Positions 1 through 11,853 are shown, numbered from the whole stretch's first letter. The stretch: 57,401 nucleotides of DNA, filler included, from Sphacelaria rigidula (GCA_964200075.2; 6 parts of 6 records of this genome joined end to end with filler, not necessarily neighbours in it); one strand, 5' to 3'. The notes: generated by a model from the sequence alone, not told the origin. A program made the numbers and translations.

Positions 1-66
1 TGCATCCTGCTAAGATTGTTCGGCCAAAAGCCCACTGATTATCTTGCATTTGGATGACAGCCTACA

Positions 67-352
67 GGGGGAATATTTTTTGCTCGCATTAATTATTTGA
101 CCATTGACCACGCATCCCTTGGGAGACGGAGCACAGTCACTACTTCTAGAAGAGACCTCCAAAATGTGGGCGCTCATTACGTGTCTTCCATATATTACAC
201 GAAAGCCTTCTACATATCTCATCCCCTCCCTGTCTTGCCGTCCGTGACCTCCATCCATTTCCCAGTATTGCGATCGTTTTCTCACTACTATCTAATGTAC
301 CAAACGATTTCATGCCAGCTTGGTTTACTTGCCACTTTCCTCCCACTAACAT
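67..352 (-). mobile_element. Decayed 3' end of a non-LTR retrotransposon (poly(C)-tail family)
   Basis: Minus strand reads ..SFGTLDSSEKTIAILG..NIWKTRNERP.. then (frameshift) ..APSPKGCVVNGQ.. and a short C-run (plus-strand G-run 67-71). Nucleotide-homologous to 13518-13634 (CGTAATGAGCGCC..GTGCTCCGTCTC..AAGGGATGCGTG). Confidence 0.7.
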
Positions 353-373
353 GTCCCATCCCTACTTGTACAT

Positions 374-478
374 AGTCCACATTCTCTGACTGGTGGGGGT
401 GAGGGTGGGGCTTATTCATTTGTTGCTTGCATGAGTACGCCTCCTCCCCCCCCCAAACCCACCAGATGTGGACTGTAT
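374..478. repeat. Imperfect inverted repeat made of two head-to-head poly(C)-tail fragments
   Basis: Left arm AGTCCACAT..CTGGTGGG..GGGGCTTATTCAT pairs with right arm ATGAGTACGCC..CCCACCAGATGTGGACT. The centre contains the reverse complement of GCAAGCAACAAATGA. Confidence 0.55.
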
Positions 479-3084
479 AAGGTGGGGGTGGGGGGCCAAC
501 TTTCGGAAACCTCCGGCATCAAATCAGAATGAACGCACAGATCGGGAATTTGGCGTACGTCGGGAATTCCGCACAGATGTGCGATGACTCCAAGAAAAAC
601 CTCACTTCCGGCCGTAAGGATGCCTGCTATCGCGGGCAGCCCCTCGTCGCACCTCGAGCTGCAACGGTTTGTCTCGCAGTGCTGTTATCTTGCGGTATTG
701 AGTGGTTCTACGCCGGGGGTGCACAAGGAATTTCTGGGCAGGGGTGCTGGATTTCGAAGCCGATAACGATGACACAGTTACAACAACAGTAGTGGTGTAG
801 GAAATCCAAGTCGCGCTGAACGTGAGGCGAACATGACAAATTATGAGATTTGTCAATGTTTGAGTGACACGATGTGAGTATACCTCAGCCAAGATTTGGC
901 CAAAGAAGTGCACCGCTACGGTAGAACAACTCTACTGGATATCGTCGCGGTTGCCGTGTGTGTGACACCGTGGCGGTGCACACGTGAAAACTATGGAGAA
1001 GCTACTTCACTGAGTCGGGACTCGGTAGCCACTCGACCGAGCACATGGAGACAGACACGTCCCGCAACCCATCCAGAGAGAGGGAAACACATCATCACCC
1101 ACAAAGAAAGCTGAAAGAGTGAAGAAAATACTTGCAGCAGGCAACCGCACCCTGCTTTATTCTCGGCGCACTTGTGACAACCATAGTCGCATTTTTAACC
1201 CCGCTCGTCACCACTCCCTGCACGAAGGTAACGAAGGTGCGACGTACGGATCTACTCCCAACTAGCGATGTTTCACAGCTTGTCCCTTTCCCCTGCACAG
1301 GGAGAACCAGTACGCCTGCTGTGATTTGACTCATAATCGCACGTATCGGCGTTATCGGCCAGAGGTGCGATAAGAAGAAAGTTATAGATGATTTCAAAAC
1401 ACGGTCACACGCTGCGCGCTGACGCGCACTTCTACGGTATCACCATTGGCGCTATCATGGCGGCTATCGCAATCACTTTTCATAAACAATTATAAGAGCA
1501 ACTCCGCTGGCCACGGCATATGCACGAATAACTGCGTGAAAACAGTCTTTTTTGTGTACACAAAGTAGTAGATGTTGTCTCTCCAACAATTATTTCCGTT
1601 CCCCGGCAGAAAAAACAAAAACAAAACGCCGGATGGTCGGCGGCGACCGAAAGGGTTAACGACCACCCACCGGATGTAGGGGATCCGAAAGTCTAGGTCA
1701 TTTCGGGTCCAGCTTGCCAGAAAATTTCGGAATTAAATTTTCATATGATCTCAACATCGATGACCAGATTACCCCCCGCCCCTCGGATGACCTGCGGTCA
1801 GGTGATGTGACAGCAGGTGATCAGTCCTTCCAGAAAATGTTCCCTGGCCAAAGCCATCCTCTAGTAATCGTTCGGAGTTGGTCTCGACAACCACATAGGC
1901 TCAGTTTTTGGACATTCAAGAGTTGTTTTTTCTGCGCTACTACTCTGCAGCCGAACAGCATGTTTTTGGACCGAAGTAGGGGTAACAACGCCCACCACAA
2001 ATCGACCTCCACACCGTATTGCCTCGACAAAGCCAATCTAGAAAGTATGAAGTGTTTCCAGGTGAACGGATTAGTTTTTCTTCCCAAGTCAACCGACTCC
2101 ACTTGTTGGGGTGGAGATAAGAGGTAGTAGCCCGTGGTAAAATCGACACTGCGAACCCGTCGAACAGGAATGGTTGATTCGGGCGCCAGTAATTTGTCCA
2201 TTTTGTATATTTGAATTTTGTGAACGACTGACTGCTTCTCTTCTGGAAACAGACAACAATGCTGACTACCAGAGTAGATGATCCATTGAATCGGCATTTT
2301 TTTCACTTGAAAAAGCCATGAAAATACTCATATAACCCACCATTATGATCGGACAGCTACTATCTCAAACTCTTGCTGAGACCAAAGGACTACGATAGCT
2401 CACCCTTTGCTCGCATAGGGTGGGTATTCGTTGAATCGGAATAATTTTCACACGAAAATGTCGTCAGACCACAACTCAAGATATTAACTCGTGGACGCTC
2501 GAAGGATGAAACAGTTGTCGTCATGTCGACATTCAGCAATGAGGTGTGATCTTCAAGACGGGGCTCGACTTCGCGAAAATGCGGGCACAATAGTGCGTCT
2601 TGTGCATATCTCGTTCTTGAACCCCCACGTTTCGTGCAACAATTTACACCCCCCTCCTGCAGTACATACAGTGGCCCTACAGCCGAGGCCGACCTACTCA
2701 AAACACTACGTTCATTGCTAAATGTATTTACATGTATATCGAGAGAGACGGTGAAAAATCCCGCATCCGACAGGGGTAATGCATTTGAAGTCACCCTGTG
2801 ATATAGGCCGTGCGAAAATGTTGCAAAAAGGTCTCACGAGTGGAGACAAACTCCGCCATACGCCGCCGGTCGAAAGCGAACCCGAGATTCCAATAAACTG
2901 CCGAAAAAACGAACGTAGAGTCTAGTACATGGACTGGTGGCGGGGAGAACAAACCATCGCCCGTTCACGAGAACAAAGTATTCTACATGAACGATTCAAG
3001 CAGCTCCGCAATACGATGATGATTGGTACTAATGATGTCCGAAAAAAGATGCACTCCTCAAATAAGCTCTCACCTTGTTCATCA

Positions 3085-5166
3085 TCAGAGAAACCCCAGG
3101 ATTGTCCTGAACACACCCTCCTCCTCCACCCCAACCGTCACCCGCACAGCCGAAATCAAGTACCAGTTGCCCTTGTCCCCGGCCACGTCCCTGCCCCACC
3201 CAGTCCTGCGATTCCCAAAAATGCTGGCACGCAGATCCACCCCCTTCACACTTTCCCCTTTCCCAGCCACGCTCTCGCCGTATTCCCCCGTCGCAAGCAC
3301 CCCTCCGATTGCCCCGTTCAAGTCATAGCGTTGCTGTACACTCGACCCCGTTCGACGGCTACCGACCTCGAGGACCACCGAACCCCAAACGTTCCGCTGT
3401 GCTTTGATGACAGCTGTCGACGGCACCCGCATCCTGTAGCTATCGGCGTGTTTCACTTTATACGGGAAGCCACCGCCGCCACCATCGCGGCCGCTACGGC
3501 TGCTGCGACCCCCGCTGCTTGGCACGAATCTTGGGAGATTCACTAGGACACCACCGGCCGCATGTCTCGGTTGCTTGTCGTCGGCAGATGCCGTCGTCTC
3601 CGCCGCAATCCAAGACTCACGGCGTTTTCGACGCACGCGCATCATGATGAGCCAGCCCCGACGGCGCCAAACCCTATCCGCGGGTGCCTTGGCTAGCATG
3701 CTAAGGATCTCGTCGAGTCTGTTCCGGTAGACCCCCGGAGACTGAGTTTGTAAGAGCTGTGATGCCACAGCTGCCGGTGTTCGACCCTCCCCATCAGTGG
3801 CTGCCTCGTCGGCGCCGAACCGCAGGAGAAGCTTCACGGAGTCCGCGTGGAGTGCCTTGCACGCGCGGTGCAGTGGGGTTTCGCCGGCATTGCTAGTTGC
3901 GTGCATGTCCGCGCCGGCTTTCAGGAATGCCTCGAGAGTGGCCACAGAGCCGAGACGGTGCCCTGCGGCGATGTGGGTTGCGGTGCAGCCGTGCTCGTCT
4001 CTCGCCTCGAGCTCAGCGTCCCGTTCCAACAACACGCGGACAGCCTCGCCGCTGCCCGACATGGCGCACGCGTGCAGGACGCTCCGTCCGCCACAGGAGA
4101 GGGAGCCCAGGCACGCCCCGTGAGCTAGGAGCTCCCGCATTACCTCGCTGTGCCCGCCGAGCGCCGCTCTGTGCAACGGGGACAGCGACAGGTGCACGCC
4201 GCCGTTGCCGTTCACAACTTCGAGAGAGCTTGCTTTGAGTAGTACTCTAACCATGTTGAGGTTACCGCTTCCCGCTGCAGTGTGCAGCGGCGTTTCGCCC
4301 TCGTTGTCGTGAGTGTCGATCTTGGCCCCTGCGCCTAGCAGGGCTTCTACGACGTCCTCGTGCCCCCTGAAGACCGCGAGATGCAGCGCTGTGCAGTTCT
4401 CGTCGTCAACGGCGTCTTTATTTGCCCCGGCAGAGACCATGGCTTGGACCGCAGCAACATGTCCGCGAGATGCGGCGCGGTGCAGCGGGGACCAGCGTGC
4501 GCTGGAATCATCCTCACTGTCGCTCTGGCTATTGCTGGTATCGGTGATTTCGTTCAACCAGCGATCACCGGTGTATGTGTCGTGGTGGTTCAGAGACCAC
4601 GATCTCCCGCTATGATCGCCGCCGGTCGAACTAGCCTCACTACTACAACTGCTACTACTGGGCACACGTTGTTGTCGCAGTACCGTACTGTTGTGGTTGT
4701 GGTTGTGGTCGGCATTGCTGTTGCTGTTGCTGTCGCATTTGTTGTTGCGCGTCCAACAATATGCACAGTTCGAACGGAAGGGACAGTGACAGCTCCCGGG
4801 TGTAGTGGACGATGCTTTGCCGCAGCTGCTACCGAAATCGCAATTGTTGAACCGCTGGTGTTGATTCCGCTGTTGTTGCTGTTGCTGTCGTATACAGTAT
4901 CCATAATCTGACGCGGAGCCGTCCTCGATGTCTTCAGTCTCGAGTTGAAAGCGAGCGCCGATAGCAGGGGGCGGCGTGATTTCTGTACCGACGAAAGGAA
5001 GCGGGCGCCCCATCACGCACTCGCCCGCTCCGGCTATGATTAGATTCGTCTCAACGCACCGATCACTGCTGCCAGGAGGGGTGTTTGCGAAAGGGATGTT
5101 GGATTGATTGGATGGTTGATCTGGAGGAACAGGCTTGGAGACGAAGGACATCATCCGTTCTCCCAT
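3085..5166 (-). CDS. Ankyrin-repeat protein, single exon, 693 aa
   Basis: Long uninterrupted ORF with about 7 ankyrin repeats (SPLHRAA, TALHLAV, GETPLHTAA, SPLHRAA, SVLHACA, TATHIAA, GETPLHRAC, then GRTP). Low-complexity Q/N/S N-terminus. C-terminal APADRVWRRRGWL..EEEGVFRTILGFL tail. Confidence 0.9.
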   Translation of the reverse strand: MGERMMSFVSKPVPPDQPSNQSNIPFANTPPGSSDRCVETNLIIAGAGECVMGRPLPFVGTEITPPPAIGARFQLETEDIEDGSASDYGYCIRQQQQQQRNQHQRFNNCDFGSSCGKASSTTPGSCHCPFRSNCAYCWTRNNKCDSNSNSNADHNHNHNSTVLRQQRVPSSSSCSSEASSTGGDHSGRSWSLNHHDTYTGDRWLNEITDTSNSQSDSEDDSSARWSPLHRAASRGHVAAVQAMVSAGANKDAVDDENCTALHLAVFRGHEDVVEALLGAGAKIDTHDNEGETPLHTAAGSGNLNMVRVLLKASSLEVVNGNGGVHLSLSPLHRAALGGHSEVMRELLAHGACLGSLSCGGRSVLHACAMSGSGEAVRVLLERDAELEARDEHGCTATHIAAGHRLGSVATLEAFLKAGADMHATSNAGETPLHRACKALHADSVKLLLRFGADEAATDGEGRTPAAVASQLLQTQSPGVYRNRLDEILSMLAKAPADRVWRRRGWLIMMRVRRKRRESWIAAETTASADDKQPRHAAGGVLVNLPRFVPSSGGRSSRSGRDGGGGGFPYKVKHADSYRMRVPSTAVIKAQRNVWGSVVLEVGSRRTGSSVQQRYDLNGAIGGVLATGEYGESVAGKGESVKGVDLRASIFGNRRTGWGRDVAGDKGNWYLISAVRVTVGVEEEGVFRTILGFL

Positions 5167-5514
5167 GCTACGGAATAAACAGGCTGGGTCGATGGTCTTG
5201 ACGCCGGTGATCTTGGGGGTTGTATCGGTAAAAGCGGCGCCGCTTGTTGGTACAGTGCTTGAGCGTGCTCACAAGTCGCTTATGATGCTGGTGTGCTGGT
5301 TCGGAATTAAGTGAGGCGGAGGAATTACAGGTTCCAGCGTTCATCAGTGGGCAGCGGAAATTGCAGTATCTGTAACCAGGACACGTACCTGTACACCACG
5401 ATAAGTGCACAGGGTTGTTTTATGTTAGGGCGAGGTTGCGACAAATACATATTGAGAGCAATTTACATCGAGGCATAGTCACGCCGTTCGACTTCCTTGG
5501 AGGTACAGTAGTAG

Positions 5515-5603
5515 TAGAGGTATCTCGAACTCGAGGTTCCTGATAGATTTTACATTAATTTACAGTCAACTATACCGAAAACCTCGAGTTTGAGATATCT
5601 CTA
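5515..5603. mobile_element. 89-bp MITE with 24-bp TIRs (hAT-like TAGAG terminus)
   Basis: TAGAGGTATCTCGAACTCGAGGTT (5515-5538) versus AACCTCGAGTTTGAGATATCTCTA (5580-5603), 2 mismatches. GTAGTAG direct repeat on both flanks (5508-5514, 5604-5610). Confidence 0.7.
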
Positions 5604-6859
5604 GTAGTAGCATCTTCTCTTAGGAAGTCAAACATTTTTAACATTCCATATCTTTCCAAGAAGGCAAATCCACCGCAGTCTGCATAGCACGTTTGAGACC
5701 TGACCCACAAGTGTAGCCCCGGCTACAGACAGTAGTACCGCTGTTTTGGTGGGAGACACTCCTCTGCACCTGAGAAGTAGCCGACAAAGCAGTGGGCCAA
5801 TCACATCGACCCCTGCCGCGGGCGACTGGCCGGGGACTGCGAACATGTACGTAACTGGCAGAACGTTTCGTGAGGCGGAAGAAGAGGGACAAGTTTTGCA
5901 GACCACAATTGGCCAGTGGATGCGTGATGCGTACCACATTACTGCCAACAGCGGTTGGGAGCAGTCCATTGGGTCCATACCGTGCAAATTTCCAATGGCG
6001 GTGCGATGCGCTGGATCCTCCAGTGCACTGTAGAGCAACTCTCCGAAAGAATGGGAAAAGTGTGGTGCGCGGGCATGGCAGAGTGCGAGTACAGTGCACA
6101 GGACAGTGTAGTACAACAGTACAGTACATTTTTCCGCGTTGCAAGGTGCAAGGTATCTACAACCAAGGAAGGCGGGATTGGGCGCGGATCTGTGCGACAG
6201 GTGTACTATTATAACTGAAACAATCACCAAAACGTCCCAAGTCTCAACTAAGGATGCCATACTACAGATGCCGTGGGGTATTTTGTCCGTATACACTTTT
6301 TACCACTACAGTACCGTACGGACAACATTTGCTGCAAAATACCTCACTGCGGATGTCGTACGTCGTAGGGTATCCTTGCTGTCCGTATACATTTTGCACT
6401 ACTCCCCAACTGGCAACATTCCCTCCATATGCTGCCTCAAAGTGCGGCATTAACAAGCCGAAAAATGAAACACATAAACCTTCATCACGGGCGGCAGGGT
6501 AGTGTCCAGGTCCACGGCGCACCGGCTACATGGTTCAGCGTACTGTGCGAATTCGTGTACCATACACGTTACTGCACTGCGCTTTTCTGTATGGTATTGT
6601 ACTGTAATTGCAACCCCTTTTGCGGCTGGCTGCGATGGCAAGAACGAGCAAATCGACGGCGACGTTTGGCAAATGTGGGCATCTCGACAACTGTCTCTGG
6701 ACCTACAAATATTGTGGGCGACGGGTGTGTGTCCCCGGGAGCGTCTTGTGTCTTTCGGAGATGTCTTGACTTTGGCATATATTTCGTCCGCCGTGGCCCC
6801 GTGGCCATGGTGATATCATGCTATGCGCACCCACGTGCGTTTTCATGAGATTGCATTCG

Positions 6860-7560
6860 AGTCTCACATTAGGGTCGATCGATCATAGACTCACGTTGGG
6901 TTCAAGCAGAATCCGCAGCCTGACCAGAGCGCTCCTGGGTTTCGCCCGTTCCCTGATGGTGGTGGGGAAACCGTGATGCGGGGTGGGACATGCAGACAGG
7001 CTGTTTCAGACAGGACAGCAATGTAGCAGGGCAAGCTCTATGCGGTTGCAGGAGATGTAGTCCGTGTGTTCCAGGTGTGAAGTCTAAATCTTGGTCGGCA
7101 GGTCTGAGATACTTTTATTGCCCAGGTACGATACATCTTACAGTCTTCCAGAGAGTGTGTGCTGTGTAGGCAAGATCTCCAATATTCGGAATTTTATGTC
7201 GGGATCACAGGCGGGAGAGCTCACGCCTTGGAGAAGAATGGTTGATCACCTTGATATTCGGATCTTCAGAGTGGCTGACAGTCCCAAGTGCTCCTAGCTA
7301 CCCAGAACAGAGGGGTATGACATTCTAACAAGAGTATGTCATATCTCTTGACCCAGGACGTGTGTTTTTGTCCAAATCGGCGATCTAAGGGCTGCCATCG
7401 CACACTTTGCCTGATAATATTTTCTTCTCCTTTGCATCCCCTTGCGCTAGTGCTCTCGTATGCCCTGGTCGGGGTTGGGTTATGGTTAGGATGAGCGATG
7501 ATGCACAATCATACATGGCCAGAACATGATTACCTCTATGAATTCCCAAAATGCTTCGGC
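6860..7560 (-). pseudogene. Highly decayed LINE ORF2 fragment (post-RT/C-terminal region)
   Basis: Broken minus-strand frames give ..LDKNTR.., ..STWDCQ.., ..RSALVRLR/GFCLN..SIDPNVRLEC.. These resemble the ILGVxFD, xTWGC and LAQLRSGxC..IDP..C motifs of non-LTR ORF2 C-termini. Many stops and frameshifts. Confidence 0.5.
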
Positions 7561-9484
7561 AACCATTCTTGACGACCGAAGCATTCTACTCGATATCCCG
7601 TGGTGGTTCCATGATTTACGATGTTCTTCTAGGAGGAGTTACCTTTTGTGACTCACGCTCGGTACATTGGTTGAGTCCATTCAACATAAAAACTACCCAA
7701 GTGATCGAATAGCTTTTGATTAGTGCTGGAAACGTGGAGGATGAAAACAAAAGAAGAAAGAAAACACTCCTGTGTTGGCCTTCCTCCTGTGTGATCCCGG
7801 CTGATGCGCCCACATATACCGAAAGGTGTAACCTGGTGTCCAGGATATATGGGATAGCAACGCACAGCACACACTCAAACCGTTTCAGGTTTCAGAGCAA
7901 GAAATGCGGGACTTTCCACCTCCCATCAATCACATGAGAGTTACACCGTGCTCATGCGTAGCAAAATGCAGAATGACCTTGATTGGCCCAAACGTTGCTC
8001 CGCTGCGAGACAGGCAACAGCTGAAAGCTGTGATAATCAATCGCCGAGAATAGACCAGTCCGTGCTGCCCCACTGTGTTTACCCCAACCTGCACGCACCC
8101 GCCTTGTGTCCACGATCACAGCACCCGACTACAACTGAAGTGCCGAAGAAGATACAGCGAACAATTGCACAGCCATCACGTGATTTTTTCATCGTTGTAA
8201 AACGGTGTAGTCGACACTTTGTTCCCACCCAAATTCTGCGCACACCAGAACATCGGCAGGGCACCAGTTCGCGCTCCCTCCAGCGCAGATGAAACGCACA
8301 AAAGCACGACAACAACTACAGGATAGAAATGATGGATGTGGGCAGCGCCTTTTTCACTTCACGGACGGCGAAACAGCCGATACACCATGAAGTTTTTAAC
8401 GGCGTGTAGACAGCACTACGTGCCGACTATTCGTGACACAATTTTCTGTAGCATTCTCGCCCTGGACGAAGGTCAGCAAATCGATACGAAGTAATATGAC
8501 ACATTGTTCTTCCTTGCTCGTTTCGATCATGTCGATGTTAATGCGTAGCTCTAGATCTACAACAGGACAGTGGGCAGCCATTGTCGGTGAGAACGGTAGA
8601 GGATCCTTAAACCACAACCATGTATGGCAGCATGTTCAAGGGAGCATTGATCTTGCTTTTTTGTATGTATGTCTACATAGATGCGTTCACGATAAATGGT
8701 TCGTCATTGCGAGTACTGCAACCTGTTCATGAACATGAGCAGCAGCGTTCAACACCGCCAACAACGTCAACATCAGCAAGAACAGCTGCGAGATGGCACA
8801 GTGTTGGGATAAGCAAGCTAGCTCGAGGTGCGCAAACAACTCGAAGGTAAGGATATCCGCTGCTTAGCTAATTATTAGCTTTTAGTAGCATTCCACTGTC
8901 TTGTGCAATTGGGAGTGAGATATTCACACCCTCATGTGCATGTTGCTGAGGTGTGTGTTATACCCCCGTCACATACAGTCTCGCAGGGATTTTGCATTTC
9001 GGAGCCTCGTGTGAAATATATAAAGGGCAACTGCCTAGAAAAGGTACACATTATTGTTTTTGCCGAAGAGAGGTACAAAAACGGACCAGAAATGCGACAT
9101 CAACAAAACACATAATCTAGACCGTTTCCGCTCTGGATTTTTCATGCACATCAATAAGAGGGCTCCTTGGCACCGGGGCCTCGAAACAAAAACAGAAAAA
9201 AAACCCGTGTTGCTTGTGATATTTGATATACGGCCATGCGCAAAAGCGGAATGTGGTGGATGTGTTGTCTTGCTTCCGGACTTTGCCAATAGATTCACCG
9301 TCAATGGCATATTTACGGGGCAATGGGGTGCTCGTTTGGTGGACCCAGGGTCAAGCCACCGAAGCTTTACAAACGTTGGCAGCGGCGGCGGGAGAAAACC
9401 CGTATGACTGACACTTTCTACGATAGCCCCCCCCAAAAAAGTGCATGGTTTTGGGAGGCAAAATCTTCACGTAAATCGAAATGG

Positions 9485-9584
9485 NNNNNNNNNNNNNNNN
9501 NNNNNNNNNNNNNNNNNNNNNNNNNNNNTTAATTAATTAANNNNNNNNNNNNNNNNNNNNNNNNNNNNNNNNNNNNNNNNNNNN
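9485..9584. other. Artificial contig-join linker (N44-TTAATTAATTAA-N44)
   Basis: 100-bp N run with a six-frame-stop core at 9529-9540. Confidence 0.97.
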
Positions 9585-9634
9585 GCTTGGACTAACGCCC
9601 ACTTCCAGACCCGCCGCGTTTCGGAATATGCATG

Positions 9635-9762
9635 CAGATCTGGGTTCCAACCTGTACAAAACTGCTTGTCGATAGGACTCGGGACTGGTCGTTATGTGGC
9701 CAATCCCCTGTCAAAAGGGGACTGTGAAAAAGGGGATTATCCCCTTCGTTAAGACAGACCCT
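9635..9762 (+). repeat. Interspersed repeat, homologous to 30338-30467
   Basis: Shared ACAAAACTG..ACTGGTCG..CAATCCCCT..CAAAAGGGGA..AAAGGGGAT..TCCCCTTCG.TAAGA in two different contigs. Confidence 0.7.
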
Positions 9763-9914
9763 CACTCCCGGCAACAGCCCCCCCCCTCCACTGGTCGTTC
9801 TGATGTGGTCGATAAATCTCGGCTCGCCCTGATTGGATAGATCGCTCCCAGACTTATTTATTATTATTTTACTAACACGTCGTGAACGTGGTGTTAGTGA
9901 GCTTCAGTCCCAAA

Positions 9915-10038
9915 AGGGTTAAACCGGTTTTCCGGTTAAACCAGCTGAACAACAACGGTTAAACCGTCTTTTTATTCTAATAATAACATCTGCCATCCGG
10001 TAACCGGTTTTGTTCTTGGGTACCGGTGCCCACCTCTA
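9915..10038 (-). mobile_element. Single terminus of a hAT-like DNA transposon
   Basis: Minus strand begins TAGAGGTGGGCACCGGTACC. Subterminal GGTTAAACC repeats at 9917, 9934 and 9957 plus ACCGGT motifs, reminiscent of Ac/hAT subterminal transposase-binding arrays. No second end seen. Confidence 0.5.
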
Positions 10039-10048
10039 CTCCAAACCC

Positions 10049-10468
10049 TCACATATTTAGCGGATCATTAATGATCTTGTTTGCTGGGATTCTTCGAGCG
10101 TTCATCCATAACTGGGCGAAGATTGATGATGGGGCCGGCAGGATCCGTCGAGGCCTGCGTGCTCGACTGTGACTGTACCCACTATAATCATCATCAGATA
10201 GCAGGGTGTCGAAAAAAAAATCCCGCGCATCGTGGGTATCCCACGTATCAATGCAGACCGGGCCATCAGTGACTTCCCCTGCTGCAGCTGTGACTACTGT
10301 GACACCTTTTTCTAATAACCATCTATACATTCTCCAAGTTTCGGCGTCATCTGACGCGAGGTGCGGATTCTTTTCACGCCTAAGCTGGTAAAATATCGCC
10401 TCCCTATTATGGAAAATGACTAACACTGCACTTGAACAGGGATATTGCCAGCCGTTTCCTGAAGACAT
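10049..10468 (-). CDS. Possible small intronless orphan ORF (139 aa)
   Basis: ATG start with protein-like composition (REAIFYQLRRE..ETWRMYRWLLEKG..DARDFFFDTLL). No recognisable domain. Confidence 0.3.
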   Translation of the reverse strand: MSSGNGWQYPCSSAVLVIFHNREAIFYQLRREKNPHLASDDAETWRMYRWLLEKGVTVVTAAAGEVTDGPVCIDTWDTHDARDFFFDTLLSDDDYSGYSHSRARRPRRILPAPSSIFAQLWMNARRIPANKIINDPLNM

Positions 10469-11853
10469 AGGCCGGGTCCTTCACACTACAAAACAGCAAG
10501 AAGCCTTATCACATCAACCCTGGGAGGGGAGACGTCGCGTGCTGCTTTTTTATTTCCGACGAGTTCATGACGCCACTGCACAAGCACCGACGGACCATCA
10601 ACCATGATTGTTTTGCTGGGGATATCTGATGTGTATCACCTCCTCTACCGCCCGGGTGGAGTCATATGTTGAATCGGAACATCTTTGTACTTGAAAATGA
10701 ACGCAAGACCCATACGAGTATGACCAACCCTGGCGCTCAAGGGACAAAAGGTTCCAAAAAAGAAAAAAGAAAACTGGACGAACCCTACCTTGCATACCCA
10801 CAAGGCACAGAAGTAGATAGAGAACGTTTGACGCTGTTTGACGTCGCGATGAATTCCGCATGTTGTTCTGTAGCACTGTCTGATGTGACTACGAGTCATG
10901 TTGAAGGATTGACCGAGCGTAGAGTATGGTAACGTAGTACAGTATATACAGATGTACATGATACAGAACAGTACTGTCCGTAACGGTTGTGCATGTACAA
11001 AACAGTCATATAATCGAGAGGTGTTGTGTCCTGTCCCCTCTTCTTTCTTATGACAACACCGGCGTAATCGTAGTTGCACAGATGTGTCGTGCCTACATAT
11101 TAGTACATTCCTGCAGAACTACACAGATTATATCGCAGGGCCTTCAAAATAAAGACACACTCACCGTGACAGCACACGAAGCAGAATCGATGTTACCGTA
11201 CAACAATAGTAACCGTACACGAAAAATGCCCGGCCGGGAGCACTTCTCTGCAAAACATGCTCACATTGTGTAGCCGTATCTTCTCTATCTCCCTGGGTGC
11301 TAGCTTCATAGCAGGCCTCTTAGTTCTCAGTCACACAGACCTCAGAAAGTAGCAGGTGAGTTTGCTCAGGACAGCACTCGTGCACCGACGTGACCCTGAA
11401 CTGAAAATTTCGAAGTTGTACAGCAGTTGTTGGCATGCCAAGTTTAGGGAGGCGTCGGCCTGCTGGGATGTTGCTGGTCGGTGGTCTCCACATCTCAACC
11501 GTTCGAATTAAACTGACTGTTGAGGTTGCTGTTGCATTCGAACATGCACTGCGAGCAGTATTTACCCTTGTCTATGAAGCCCAAAAAAAAACGCGAGAAA
11601 TATGAGCAACCAGCGAAAATACCCCCTCACGAATAATATATTGTTCTGGCTGTACTTTATCTATCTCTCGTTCTGTCGTTGCTACGGCCCAGCCTGGTTG
11701 TAGACGCATGGGTTGCAAAGAAAGGCAAACAATCATGGAGGATGATTTCGTGTGGTACAAGCTGGGGTTACGCCGCATCCTGTGTGCCCGCTGACACGAT
11801 GGCGATGATACGCATCATGTACAGTACAGACGACTAGTACTACACCCTCAAGC

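Noticed and set aside
1714-2900. ORFs of 130-160 aa, including a FTWKHF (BED-finger-like) word
   Set aside because: No following Cys/His pattern and no splice-consistent model.
5628-6296. 222-aa and 168-aa overlapping ORFs
   Set aside because: Contain TACAG/TACTG low-complexity repeats and no recognisable motif; likely non-coding or a decayed repeat.
7900-9480. Possible decayed transposase
   Set aside because: Only vague similarity to hAT C-terminal words; nothing I can support.
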